From assembly GCA_963821525.1 (NCBI GenBank), contig CAWGED010000018.1, positions 259-64,258 on the forward strand: 64,000 bases of DNA, written 5' to 3'. Both the position numbers and the translations under genes were made by a program. Under the pieces are notes generated by a model. The model worked only from the letters and a program-made list of their open reading frames with translations, had not been told where the DNA came from and did not search any database. Source of the DNA: an uncultured Gemmatimonadales bacterium. GTDB taxonomy: Bacteria; Gemmatimonadota; Gemmatimonadetes; Gemmatimonadales; GWC2-71-9. This document shows, piece after piece, positions 10,276 through 17,656 of this stretch (position 1 is its first letter; the number at the start of each line of letters is the position of its first letter).

Positions 10276-10292
10276 GGCGATGAGGGACTTGA
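10276..10292 (-). repeat. tRNA-Val 3'-end fragment (17 of 17 nt)
   Basis: GGCGATGAGGGACTTGA is identical to 11889-11905. The extended similarity GGCGATGAGGGACTTGAYGCGARG.CGGAG is shared with 4526-4558. Confidence 0.6.
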
Positions 10293-10380
10293 TGCGAAGC
10301 GGAGCGAGCACCGCCGCAGACCCGCGCGGCTCCACCCCCGACCTCGCTGGATTTCCCTATTTGTCGGCGCAACATTGCCA

Positions 10381-10421
10381 GCAAAAACAATCGACCCTCC
10401 GATTCATTGCCAGAGGGTCGA
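10381..10421 (-). terminator. hairpin plus U-tract downstream of the degenerate tRNA copy
   Basis: Stem TCGACCCTC/GAGGGTCGA. On the minus strand it is followed by TTGTTTTTGC. Confidence 0.5.
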
Positions 10422-10453
10422 CCACGTCTCTACCGCTAACCGCTAATCGCTAA

Positions 10454-10525
10454 TGAGCGATGAGGGACTTGAACCCCCGGCCTCGCATGTGAGGCGCGTG
10501 CTCTAACCAGCTGGGCTAATCGCCC
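10454..10525 (-). pseudogene. degenerate tRNA-Val(CAC)-like copy (72 nt)
   Basis: Aligns over its full length with 11887-11960. It has a 2-nt deletion in the 3' anticodon stem, a D-stem C-A mismatch and a G-T in the acceptor stem. Confidence 0.65.
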
Positions 10526-10593
10526 AGTCCAATCTTCGGCATTGTTTGCGGGAACAGGATTGGTGGATCTCCTGCTGCTTTTGCGATGGCCTC

Positions 10594-10628
10594 GTCAGCC
10601 GTCAGCAAAATGACATTAGCCCTAAGCC
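10594..10628. repeat. one-armed heptamer array (GTCAGCC GTCAGCA AAATGAC ATTAGCC CTAAGCC)
   Basis: Read directly. Same word family as 696-802 and 4790-4864. Confidence 0.5.
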
Positions 10629-10707
10629 ACGACCTCACTCGTCCTTCACGGCCCCTTCATCCCCTAATGCTAGCTTCTGATCAGAATGAACCAGCAAAGG
10701 GGGCTCC

Positions 10708-11202
10708 ATGTCTATCAATCCCGCGCATCTTCACCTCGCGCTGAACCATCTCCCAGTACTCGGCGTCCTGTTCGGCACTATCCTGCTCGCCGTCGGTCTC
10801 TGGCGCCGGAACGACACGATTCGGCGGACCAGCCTCGTTGTCCTGCTGTTGACGGGGGCAGCAGCAGGCGCGGTTTACCTGACCGGCGAACCGGCTGAAG
10901 AGTTGATAGAGAACGCGGCTGTGGTGTCGGAAAGACGGATCGAGCGGCATGAAGACGCCGCCGCCGTGGCCACCTCCGGGGCGGCTCTTCTCGGTGTGGC
11001 CGCTCTCCTGCTCCTCTGGCGTTCGCGCCGTACCGGGTCGATGCCATCGACCTTGCTCCTGGCGACCTTTGGTTTGGCGGTGCTGACGACGGTGCTGATG
11101 GCCTGGACCGCGAACCTTGGAGGGCAGATCCGGCATTCGGAGATCACCACTGCCGGCGTGACGTCGACCGAGGCCGCGACACCCGACGACGCGGACGAGT
11201 GA
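10708..11202 (+). CDS. hypothetical polytopic membrane protein with conserved His residues
   Basis: SD AAAGGGGG. Four hydrophobic segments; HLHLALNHLP, ERHED and IRHSE. Lies between two tRNA-Val copies next to the nor operon. Confidence 0.7.
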   Translation: MSINPAHLHLALNHLPVLGVLFGTILLAVGLWRRNDTIRRTSLVVLLLTGAAAGAVYLTGEPAEELIENAAVVSERRIERHEDAAAVATSGAALLGVAALLLLWRSRRTGSMPSTLLLATFGLAVLTTVLMAWTANLGGQIRHSEITTAGVTSTEAATPDDADE

Positions 11203-11242
11203 GCGGCAAGCCCGGCCCTCACGATCGAGTGGCCATAAGCCC

Positions 11243-11282
11243 GGAAATCAATCGACCCTCCGATCCACAACCGGAGGGTCGA
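11243..11282 (-). terminator. hairpin downstream of the truncated tRNA copy (paralogue of 10381-10421)
   Basis: Stem TCGACCCTCCG/CGGAGGGTCGA. On the minus strand it is followed by TTGATTTCC. Confidence 0.4.
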
Positions 11283-11322
11283 CTAGACCGCTACTCGCTG
11301 ATAGCTAACCGCTAACCACCAA

Positions 11323-11395
11323 TGGGCGATGAGGGACTTGAACCCCCGACCTCGCGCATGTGAAGCGCGCGCTCTATCGCCGCTATAGCCAGCTG
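11323..11395 (-). pseudogene. truncated tRNA-Val(CAC)-like copy lacking the 5' acceptor strand
   Basis: The 3' 53 nt are near-identical to the intact gene (anticodon loop TTCACAT). The D-region carries a 12-nt insertion, and no GGGCGAT 5' strand is present. Confidence 0.65.
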
Positions 11396-11591
11396 GCGCG
11401 CGGTTGATTTCCTGGTGCTCCCCCACAACACCAAGGCAACCCAAACAGCGCTCGTCTCACTGGACGGCCCCTTAGCGGATCGCTCAGGCTACGACCGCGA
11501 CGCATCCCCCTGGTGGTCGGCGTGTGGCCTGCTGTGACCGGGCAGCCGTGCAGACCAGGGGGTCGGGCCCGTCCCGACCAACCCAAGACTC

Positions 11592-11750
11592 TCAGCAGGC
11601 GCTTACCTGATAGGTGCAGTACCCGCCGCCAGTGCCACGCCCGCCGACCGGGTCACGCTTCGGCGTGAGGTCTCGCAGAGTTTTCTTAGTGAGGGTCAGA
11701 CGCTTAGCCTTTTTCTGTCGGGTGCTGAGCGATTTGCCGCGCTTGGTCAT
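11592..11750 (-). CDS. 52-aa basic peptide with GG-leader-like architecture (possible RiPP/bacteriocin precursor)
   Basis: ATG 11748-11750 lies 4 nt after GGAGG, with TACAAT 11 nt upstream of the ATG. Reads MTKRGKSLSTRQKKAKRLTLTKKTLRDLTPKRDPVGGRGTGGGYCTYQVSAC. Below the ORF-track cut-off. Confidence 0.45.
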   Translation of the reverse strand: MTKRGKSLSTRQKKAKRLTLTKKTLRDLTPKRDPVGGRGTGGGYCTYQVSAC

Positions 11751-11845
11751 ACGGCCTCCAGATTGTAAGGATTTAACGGTCGTAGTCAGAGATCGCGAAC
11801 GGGCGGGGAAACCCGACAGCCTTCATTGACAGGATCGGAAAGGAG

Positions 11846-11880
11846 AAAGCCCCGCAAAACTCTGCGGGGCTTTCTTTTTG
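11846..11880 (+). terminator. canonical intrinsic terminator shape, T-tract on the plus strand
   Basis: Stem AAAGCCCCGCA/TGCGGGGCTTT, loop AAACTC, then CTTTTT. Sits 7 nt from the 3' end of the minus-strand tRNA-Val, so it may act bidirectionally. Confidence 0.6.
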
Positions 11881-11886
11881 CAAACA

Positions 11887-11960
11887 TGGGCGATGAGGGA
11901 CTTGAACCCCCGACCTCGCGCATGTGAGGCGCGCGCTCTAACCAGCTGAGCTAATCGCCC
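11887..11960 (-). tRNA. tRNA-Val (anticodon CAC)
   Basis: 74-nt cloverleaf: acceptor GGGCGAT/ATCGCCC, D arm GCTC-AGCTGGTTA-GAGC, anticodon arm CGCGC-CTCACAT-GCGCG, T arm GGGGG-TTCAAGT-CCCTC. CCA is not encoded. Confidence 0.9.
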
Positions 11961-11979
11961 GGTCCAAGGGGCCGAAACT

Positions 11980-12945
11980 CTAACCGGATGTCGCCAAGGC
12001 GGCAAGCACCTCGCCGGCCGTTACCGCGGCGACCCCGCGTTTCCCTACCGCAACGCCCGCCGCCACCGCCGCGAGACGTGCCGCTTCAAGGGTGGACGCT
12101 CCGGCCGCGAGTCCCATCGCCACCCATGCCGTAGCCGTGTCTCCCGCGCCCGAGATGTCGAACACCTCCCGGGCCCGGGCATGAATTCGCGTCATCCGTC
12201 CCTCGCCCGCGACGAGCAGCATCCCATCGCTGCCCAGGGTGATCAGCAATTCCTCGGCTCCGACCCGCCTCCGGACTGCCGCCAGCGCCTCTTCCCGCCG
12301 CAGATCGACGCCCGAACCCATCGCCGCAATCAACTCGCGCCTGTTGGGCTTGAAGACCGTCGCCCCGGAGTAGTCGAAGAAGTGGCGGAACTTGGGATCC
12401 ACCACGATCGGAATCCCGCGTTGCTTCGCCGCAGCGATCAGAAGCTTGATGAGTGGCGCGCTGCACACGCCCTTGTCGTAGTCCTGAAAGACCAGCACCT
12501 GGGCTTCGGCGAGAGCATCAGATGCCGCGGCCGCGAGCTGCGCCCGGTCTTCCGCCGATACTTCGGCCTCACGCTCTTCGTCGATCCTCACCACCTGCTG
12601 GCCGCGCGCGACGACTCGGGTCTTGTTGGTCGTCGGTCGATCCCGCACCGTCAGCATGAGGTCCCTGACCCGCGCTCCCGCCACCGCTGCCCGCAACTCG
12701 GCGCCCGGCGCGTCCTCGGCAACCACGCCGACCAGCGCACAGGTCCCGCCTCCAGCGGTGACATTGGCCGCGACGTTGGCCGCTCCACCCGGCGTCACTC
12801 GCCGTTCCGCGATGCGAACCACCGGCACCGGCGCCTCGGGCGAGAGTCGCTCCGCTTCTCCCATGAGGTGCCGGTCCAGCATCGCGTCTCCCACGACCAG
12901 CACCCGGACTCCGCGGATCGCGGCGACCAGCTCCCGCTCAGTCAT
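11980..12945 (-). CDS. PfkB-family sugar kinase, D-glycero-beta-D-manno-heptose-7-phosphate kinase-like (RfaE domain I)
   Basis: GGAANVAANV and DISGAGDT motifs. The internal ATG at 12945 (MTERELVAAIRGVRVLVVGDAMLD) overlaps the upstream stop. Confidence 0.75.
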   Translation of the reverse strand: MTERELVAAIRGVRVLVVGDAMLDRHLMGEAERLSPEAPVPVVRIAERRVTPGGAANVAANVTAGGGTCALVGVVAEDAPGAELRAAVAGARVRDLMLTVRDRPTTNKTRVVARGQQVVRIDEEREAEVSAEDRAQLAAAASDALAEAQVLVFQDYDKGVCSAPLIKLLIAAAKQRGIPIVVDPKFRHFFDYSGATVFKPNRRELIAAMGSGVDLRREEALAAVRRRVGAEELLITLGSDGMLLVAGEGRMTRIHARAREVFDISGAGDTATAWVAMGLAAGASTLEAARLAAVAAGVAVGKRGVAAVTAGEVLAALATSG

Positions 12946-14446
12946 GCAGGACTCCAGCGCTCGAGAAGCCGAGGGTGACGCCGATCTTGCCCACGAAGCG
13001 ATCGTCGGTCTTACCGGATTGGTTGCCGGCATTGGTCACGTGGTGATAGCCGGCGCTCGCGCTTAGGCGGATTGGACCTTGGGCTCCGGTTATTCCAACC
13101 GCGGCGCGATAGGTCTTCTCTACCGTGCCGATGAAGAGAGTCGGCGTGTTCCCCCGCGCGTTTCCCGAAGGGAAGGGATCCTCGATGCTTCCCTCACCTT
13201 GACGGGAAAGTGTCAGCTCGGGCGTCACCAGCCAGTGACGGGTCACGGGCGCGGTTGCGAAGAACGAAAGCTGGTCATTGTCATCGAAATTGCGTCCGAC
13301 GCCGACTCCCGCATCGGTGAAATTCTCGAACGGATCCGAGGACCGGAACGCGAGACTCGACGCCTGAGTGTAAAGCGCTCGCCAGGCGACGCTGCGAAAC
13401 AACGGGCCAAAGGCGGCAATGGTAAAGGCGTAGCGATCGGGCGGTGTGTCCGGTCCGTTGCGATCCTTGTACTGGATGTCGTCAACCGCGAGCTGGAAGG
13501 CGAGCGTCGTGCGCTGGAGAAACCGCCACTGGAGATCGAGCCCGACCAGCACGTTGCCATCGTCTCCTATGCCGTACTCGTTGGCCAGGAGCAACAGGGT
13601 GACGGGATTGCGGAACCTGGCATCGAACGAACGGTCCACTCCCGAGAGGACTGTCGTCTCCCACAGTGCGATGTTGAGCCTTCCCGTGAGCTGCGAGGAG
13701 AGGCGGTGGGCGAAGAAGTAACGCTTGACGACCTGGTTCAGGGTGTCATTCTCGTCGCGAAGCTGTGAAGCCTGGGCCAGGAGCTTCAGCTGTTTGTTCC
13801 CGACTTCGAGCTGCAGGGTGGGGCGCCCGTACCCGAAGGCGCTGAGCGGCACGCCGTAGACGCCCTGCGGTCCCCAGTGCTGGTCCATCTGGCCGTAGAA
13901 GGCGCTGACCCATTTGAATTGGGCGGTGAGATATGCCTCGACCATGCGGCCGGTGACATCCACGTCCTTCCGTCCTGGCCAGTCCGGGTCATCGGGCAGG
14001 CGAGTCTCGATGGCGGGCCGGCTCACCAGGCCCACGTTGCCGAAGACGCCGGTCAGTCCCAGCTCGACGTAAGGCTGGATTCCGTCGGTACCGGCAGGAT
14101 GGACCATGTCCCGTCGCGCATCGCTGTAGGCCTGACCTCCCGCCCGCGGCTCCACCTTCCAGCGCGCCTTGTCCCCCGGATCGGCAAAGGCGTCGAGCAG
14201 CTCCCGAACCATGGCGGTGTCGCGAGCGGTACCCGCGGAATCGACCTTGGCGAGGGCGCGCACGGCGTCAATCCGCCGGAACGGTCTTACCATCGGCGAT
14301 GGGTCCTCGATTTCGCCCAGCGCGATCAGGTGCTCGATCGCCGGGAGACGGGGGTCGTCGAGTGGGATGTATGGCGATGCCTGGGCAGACGCGTGGGAAC
14401 CGCAGATCGCGATTGCGACCGCGGCGGTCAGGATCGGGCGAGGCAT
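12938..14446 (-). CDS. outer-membrane protein, tentatively capsule-assembly Wzi-like
   Basis: Signal peptide AAVAIAICGSHASAQA, N-terminal YIPLDDPRLPAIEHLIALGEIEDPSPMVRPFRR, and a long beta-rich body. Confidence 0.6.
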   Translation of the reverse strand: MPRPILTAAVAIAICGSHASAQASPYIPLDDPRLPAIEHLIALGEIEDPSPMVRPFRRIDAVRALAKVDSAGTARDTAMVRELLDAFADPGDKARWKVEPRAGGQAYSDARRDMVHPAGTDGIQPYVELGLTGVFGNVGLVSRPAIETRLPDDPDWPGRKDVDVTGRMVEAYLTAQFKWVSAFYGQMDQHWGPQGVYGVPLSAFGYGRPTLQLEVGNKQLKLLAQASQLRDENDTLNQVVKRYFFAHRLSSQLTGRLNIALWETTVLSGVDRSFDARFRNPVTLLLLANEYGIGDDGNVLVGLDLQWRFLQRTTLAFQLAVDDIQYKDRNGPDTPPDRYAFTIAAFGPLFRSVAWRALYTQASSLAFRSSDPFENFTDAGVGVGRNFDDNDQLSFFATAPVTRHWLVTPELTLSRQGEGSIEDPFPSGNARGNTPTLFIGTVEKTYRAAVGITGAQGPIRLSASAGYHHVTNAGNQSGKTDDRFVGKIGVTLGFSSAGVLHD

Positions 14447-14469
14447 GGGCGGAAGCTAAGGCCCCGGGG

Positions 14470-14760
14470 GGGAGACGGAAGACGGAAGAGGTGTCAGGGA
14501 TAAGGGGTCAGGTGTCAGGGGGTGTGGTGAACGGCGAACGGTGAACAGTGAACGGGGAACAGGGAACGGGGAACTGAAGAGGCACCTCATCCCGAGGCGC
14601 GAAGCGACGAGGGACCTAACCTCCTTACCTTGGCGCCAAGGTTCGGGATAGTAGGTCCCTCGCTTCGCTCGGGATGAGGTGTCCTCTACCTTCGCGTTCG
14701 CCCGTTCCCCGTTCCCCGTTCCCCGTTCCCGCTTTCCCGTCTCCCGTCTGCCGTCTCCCG
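14470..14760. repeat. composite palindrome: heptamer arms (GGGAGAC, GGTGTCA, GGTGAAC, GGGGAAC | GTTCCCC x4, GTCTCCC) around a 99-nt conserved hairpin core (14583-14681)
   Basis: Core is CACCTCATCCCGAGGCGCGAAGCGACGAGGGACCTAAC ... CCTTGGCGCCAAGG ... TAGGTCCCTCGCTTCGCTCGGGATGAGGTG. Fills a divergent intergenic region. Confidence 0.8.
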
Positions 14761-14776
14761 CTTTATCTTCCCGCCC

Positions 14777-15787
14777 ATGTCCTTCCGGATCGAGTCCACC
14801 CGCGGCGGCGTGGTCGAGTCCATCCATCGGGTTTCCGCGGCGGTGGTGGATGCCAAAGGCCGGCTGGTGGCCTCGGCGGGCGATCCCACCCTCGTGACAT
14901 TCTGGCGCTCCGCGGCCAAGCCGTTCCAGGCCATGGCGCTGGTGAAGGACGGTGCCGCGGACCGGTGGCATTTCGACGAGCGGGCGCTCGCTCTGGCCTG
15001 CGCCTCCCACTCCAGTGAGCCGATCCACCGCGAGCTCGCCGAGTCGATGCTGCAGCAAGTCGGGCTCACGGAGAGCGCCCTGGCCTGCGGCCCCCATCCA
15101 CCGTTGGGGCCGGCCATTGCGGAGGCAGTCGTGCGGCACGGGATCACCATGTCGCCCTGCTGGAGCAACTGCTCGGGGAAGCACGCCGGAATGCTGGCGC
15201 TGGCGCGGCATCACGAGTGGCCCATCGCGGGGTATCAGAGTCAGGGCCATCCGGTGCAGGAGCGGATCCTCCAGGAAGTCATCCGCTGGACCGGCGTCCC
15301 CTCGGAACAATTGCTGCAAGCCGTGGATGGATGTACCACTGTATGCTTCGGCCTGCCGCTCGAGGCGATGGCACTGGCCTATGCCCGGTTTGCGGCGAGC
15401 AAGGAGACGGCGGCGGTGCGGCTCCGGACAGCGATGGTGCGCCATCCTGACCTGGTAGGGGGGAGCGGGCGGCCCTGCACCGATATCATGACCGCCGGCG
15501 CGGGACGCCTGGTCGCGAAGATCGGAGCCGACGGGATCTACTGCGCCGGTGTTGTTCCGGGTGGACTGGGCGTCGCGATCAAGGTGGAAGACGGAGACAT
15601 GCGGTCCTCATCGGTTGCCCTGATCGGCGTGCTGAGACAGTTGGAGGCCAAGCTGCCGCTGAAGCTCGATCTGGCCAACCCGCCGGAAGCGGTCGCGCGA
15701 CACGCCGAAATGGTCACCCGGAATACCCGGGGCACGGTTACCGGCACGACACGGGCAGCAGGAGATCTGCATTTTCCAGGGCACTAG
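14777..15787 (+). CDS. asparaginase II family protein (PF06089-like)
   Basis: 336 aa; VESIHRVSAAVVD, FWRSAAKPFQA and CSGKHAGMLA. Confidence 0.75.
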   Translation: MSFRIESTRGGVVESIHRVSAAVVDAKGRLVASAGDPTLVTFWRSAAKPFQAMALVKDGAADRWHFDERALALACASHSSEPIHRELAESMLQQVGLTESALACGPHPPLGPAIAEAVVRHGITMSPCWSNCSGKHAGMLALARHHEWPIAGYQSQGHPVQERILQEVIRWTGVPSEQLLQAVDGCTTVCFGLPLEAMALAYARFAASKETAAVRLRTAMVRHPDLVGGSGRPCTDIMTAGAGRLVAKIGADGIYCAGVVPGGLGVAIKVEDGDMRSSSVALIGVLRQLEAKLPLKLDLANPPEAVARHAEMVTRNTRGTVTGTTRAAGDLHFPGH

Positions 15788-15832
15788 CTGCGGGAGCCGG
15801 GTTGGATCACCGTCCGGCGGGAGCCTATCCTG

Positions 15833-16477
15833 ATGGCGAAGCACGACAATCTCGATCAGCCCACACTGCACCTGGTGCGTTTCGCCGCCGCGATCGCACA
15901 AGGCTACGAGCCCGAGCTGCGGGAACGCGCGGCACCGCTCAAGACCGCGCAGGTGCCGGTCCCCTGGGTGGAGGAGCTGCTGCTCCAGTCGGTCCTGATG
16001 GTCGGCTATCCGAGGACCCTGATCGCCTTCGGCGTATGGCGGAAGGTGGGACGGGTACCGGCGCCGCCCATGGATCCCGACGCCGATTACCAGCGCGTGC
16101 CGGAATGGACCAAGCGGGGTGAGGAGACCTGTGCCCGGATCTACGGCGACAACTACCGGAAGCTCCGGGAGAACATCAAGGAGCTGCACCCCGCCATGGA
16201 TCTCTGGATGGTGACCGAAGGCTACGGCCGGACGATGGCGCGCCCGGGACTGGATCTGCTCCGGCGCGAGCTGTGCACCGTGGCCCAGATGGCGGTGCTC
16301 GAGGCACCCCGTCAGCTCCATTCTCACCTCCGCGGAGCGCTCCACGCCGGCGGCAGCTTCGAGCAGGTGGATGGTGTCCTGTCCGTGGTCAATCCGCTCT
16401 TGTCCTACGATCAGTGGAAAAAGGTGAAGGAGCTGTGGAATGGGGTGAAGGAGGCGTGGGTGGAAGGTGGTCGATAG
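15833..16477 (+). CDS. carboxymuconolactone decarboxylase (CMD/AhpD-like) family protein
   Basis: 214 aa with two CMD-like halves (ELLLQSVLMVGYPRTL; ELCTVAQMAVLEAPRQLHSHLRGAL). The stop TAG lies inside the heptamer array. Confidence 0.6.
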   Translation: MAKHDNLDQPTLHLVRFAAAIAQGYEPELRERAAPLKTAQVPVPWVEELLLQSVLMVGYPRTLIAFGVWRKVGRVPAPPMDPDADYQRVPEWTKRGEETCARIYGDNYRKLRENIKELHPAMDLWMVTEGYGRTMARPGLDLLRRELCTVAQMAVLEAPRQLHSHLRGALHAGGSFEQVDGVLSVVNPLLSYDQWKKVKELWNGVKEAWVEGGR

Positions 16478-16614
16478 TCTATGGTCGTTAGTCGATAGTC
16501 GATGGTCGAGGTAGTCGATGGTCCTGGGACGTGGGCCATGAATATTGTTACTACGTCTCACGTCTCACGTCTCACGCCTCTTGTCCCACCGACTCCAGAC
16601 TGACGACTCCGACC
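16469..16614. repeat. heptamer-array palindrome (GTCGATA/GTCTATG/GTCGTTA/GTCGATG ... ACGTCTC x3 ... GACTCCA GACTGAC GACTCC)
   Basis: Read directly; ends 2 nt before the obg ATG. Confidence 0.6.
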
Positions 16615-16615
16615 A

Positions 16616-17656
16616 ATGTTCATCGACCACGCCATCGTCAAAGTCACCGCCGGGACCGGTGGCAGCGGCGCGTGCTCCTTCGCCCGGTTCAAGTACCGGC
16701 CCAAGGGTGGGCCTGACGGGGGGGATGGAGGACGCGGCGGGTCGGTTTACGTGCGGGCGGACGGCAACCTCGCGACACTGCTCGACTACCGCTATCGCAC
16801 CGACTGGAAGGCGGAACGAGCGCAGCACGGGAAGGGGAAAAACCAGACCGGCGCCTCGTCCGACGACGTGTACCTGCCGGTCCCGCCCGGAACCGTACTC
16901 AAGGATGTGAGCACCGGCAAAACGATAGGCGAAGTCCTGGCGTCGGGCGACGAGGTGCTGGTCGCCAAGGGAGGACGAGGCGGACGAGGTAATGCGCGCT
17001 TCGCCACGGCGACCCATCAGTCGCCGCGGGAATGGGAGCCGGGTGAAGAAGGCGAAGCACTGGAAATCGAGCTTACCCTCAAGCTGATCGCCGACGTGGG
17101 GCTGGTGGGAGAGCCCAATGCCGGAAAGAGCACCCTGCTCTCTGTAATCTCCGCGGCTCGGCCCAAGATCGCCGACTATCCGTTCACGACCCTCGCCCCC
17201 AACCTCGGCGTGGTGGGCTTGAGCGGGCACCGCACCTTCGTCGTCGCGGACATTCCCGGTATCATCGAGGGCGCTCACCAGGGCAAGGGGCTCGGCCTTC
17301 GCTTTCTGCAGCATGTCGAGCGCACTCGACTGCTCGCCTTCCTGGTTCCGCTCGATGCTCAAGATCCCCAGGCCGTCTATGAGGGGCTTCGCAAGGAGAT
17401 CCGGCTCTACAGCGATGCACTCTATCAAAAGCCCCATGTCGTCGTGCTATCCAAGCGGGACCTGCTGCCCGCTGGAGACCCGCTGCCGGCGCTGGAGCTG
17501 GACGACGCCCGCGGTGTCGTCACCGTTTCTTCCGCCGCGGGGACCGGCCTCGAGGAGTTGAAGGAGTACTTGTGGAAAGCGGTGAGCGAAGTGAGAGGAG
17601 AAGAGGCTGCAGCCGGACCAGATGAATTGGGAGTGGAGGAGGAATGGGAGACCTAG
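16616..17656 (+). CDS. obg: GTPase Obg/CgtA
   Basis: MFIDHAIVKVTAGTGGSGACSF..GGPDGGDGGRGGSVY, G1 GEPNAGKST, G3 DIPGIIEGA. Confidence 0.95.
   Translation: MFIDHAIVKVTAGTGGSGACSFARFKYRPKGGPDGGDGGRGGSVYVRADGNLATLLDYRYRTDWKAERAQHGKGKNQTGASSDDVYLPVPPGTVLKDVSTGKTIGEVLASGDEVLVAKGGRGGRGNARFATATHQSPREWEPGEEGEALEIELTLKLIADVGLVGEPNAGKSTLLSVISAARPKIADYPFTTLAPNLGVVGLSGHRTFVVADIPGIIEGAHQGKGLGLRFLQHVERTRLLAFLVPLDAQDPQAVYEGLRKEIRLYSDALYQKPHVVVLSKRDLLPAGDPLPALELDDARGVVTVSSAAGTGLEELKEYLWKAVSEVRGEEAAAGPDELGVEEEWET

Noticed and set aside
10675-10686. The palindrome TTCTGATCAGAA, 22 nt upstream of the membrane-protein gene, as an FNR/Dnr or NsrR site for NO-responsive control. The region 4870-5040 upstream of nor was also inspected.
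   Set aside because: It does not match TTGAT-N4-ATCAA or the NsrR consensus. No convincing NO-responsive operator was found, so nothing is claimed.
800-11887. Calling a mobile element or genomic island feature, with an integrase, for the tRNA-Val-associated region.
   Set aside because: No integrase, transposase, excisionase or conjugation gene is recognisable on either strand. Only the repeat scars are reported.
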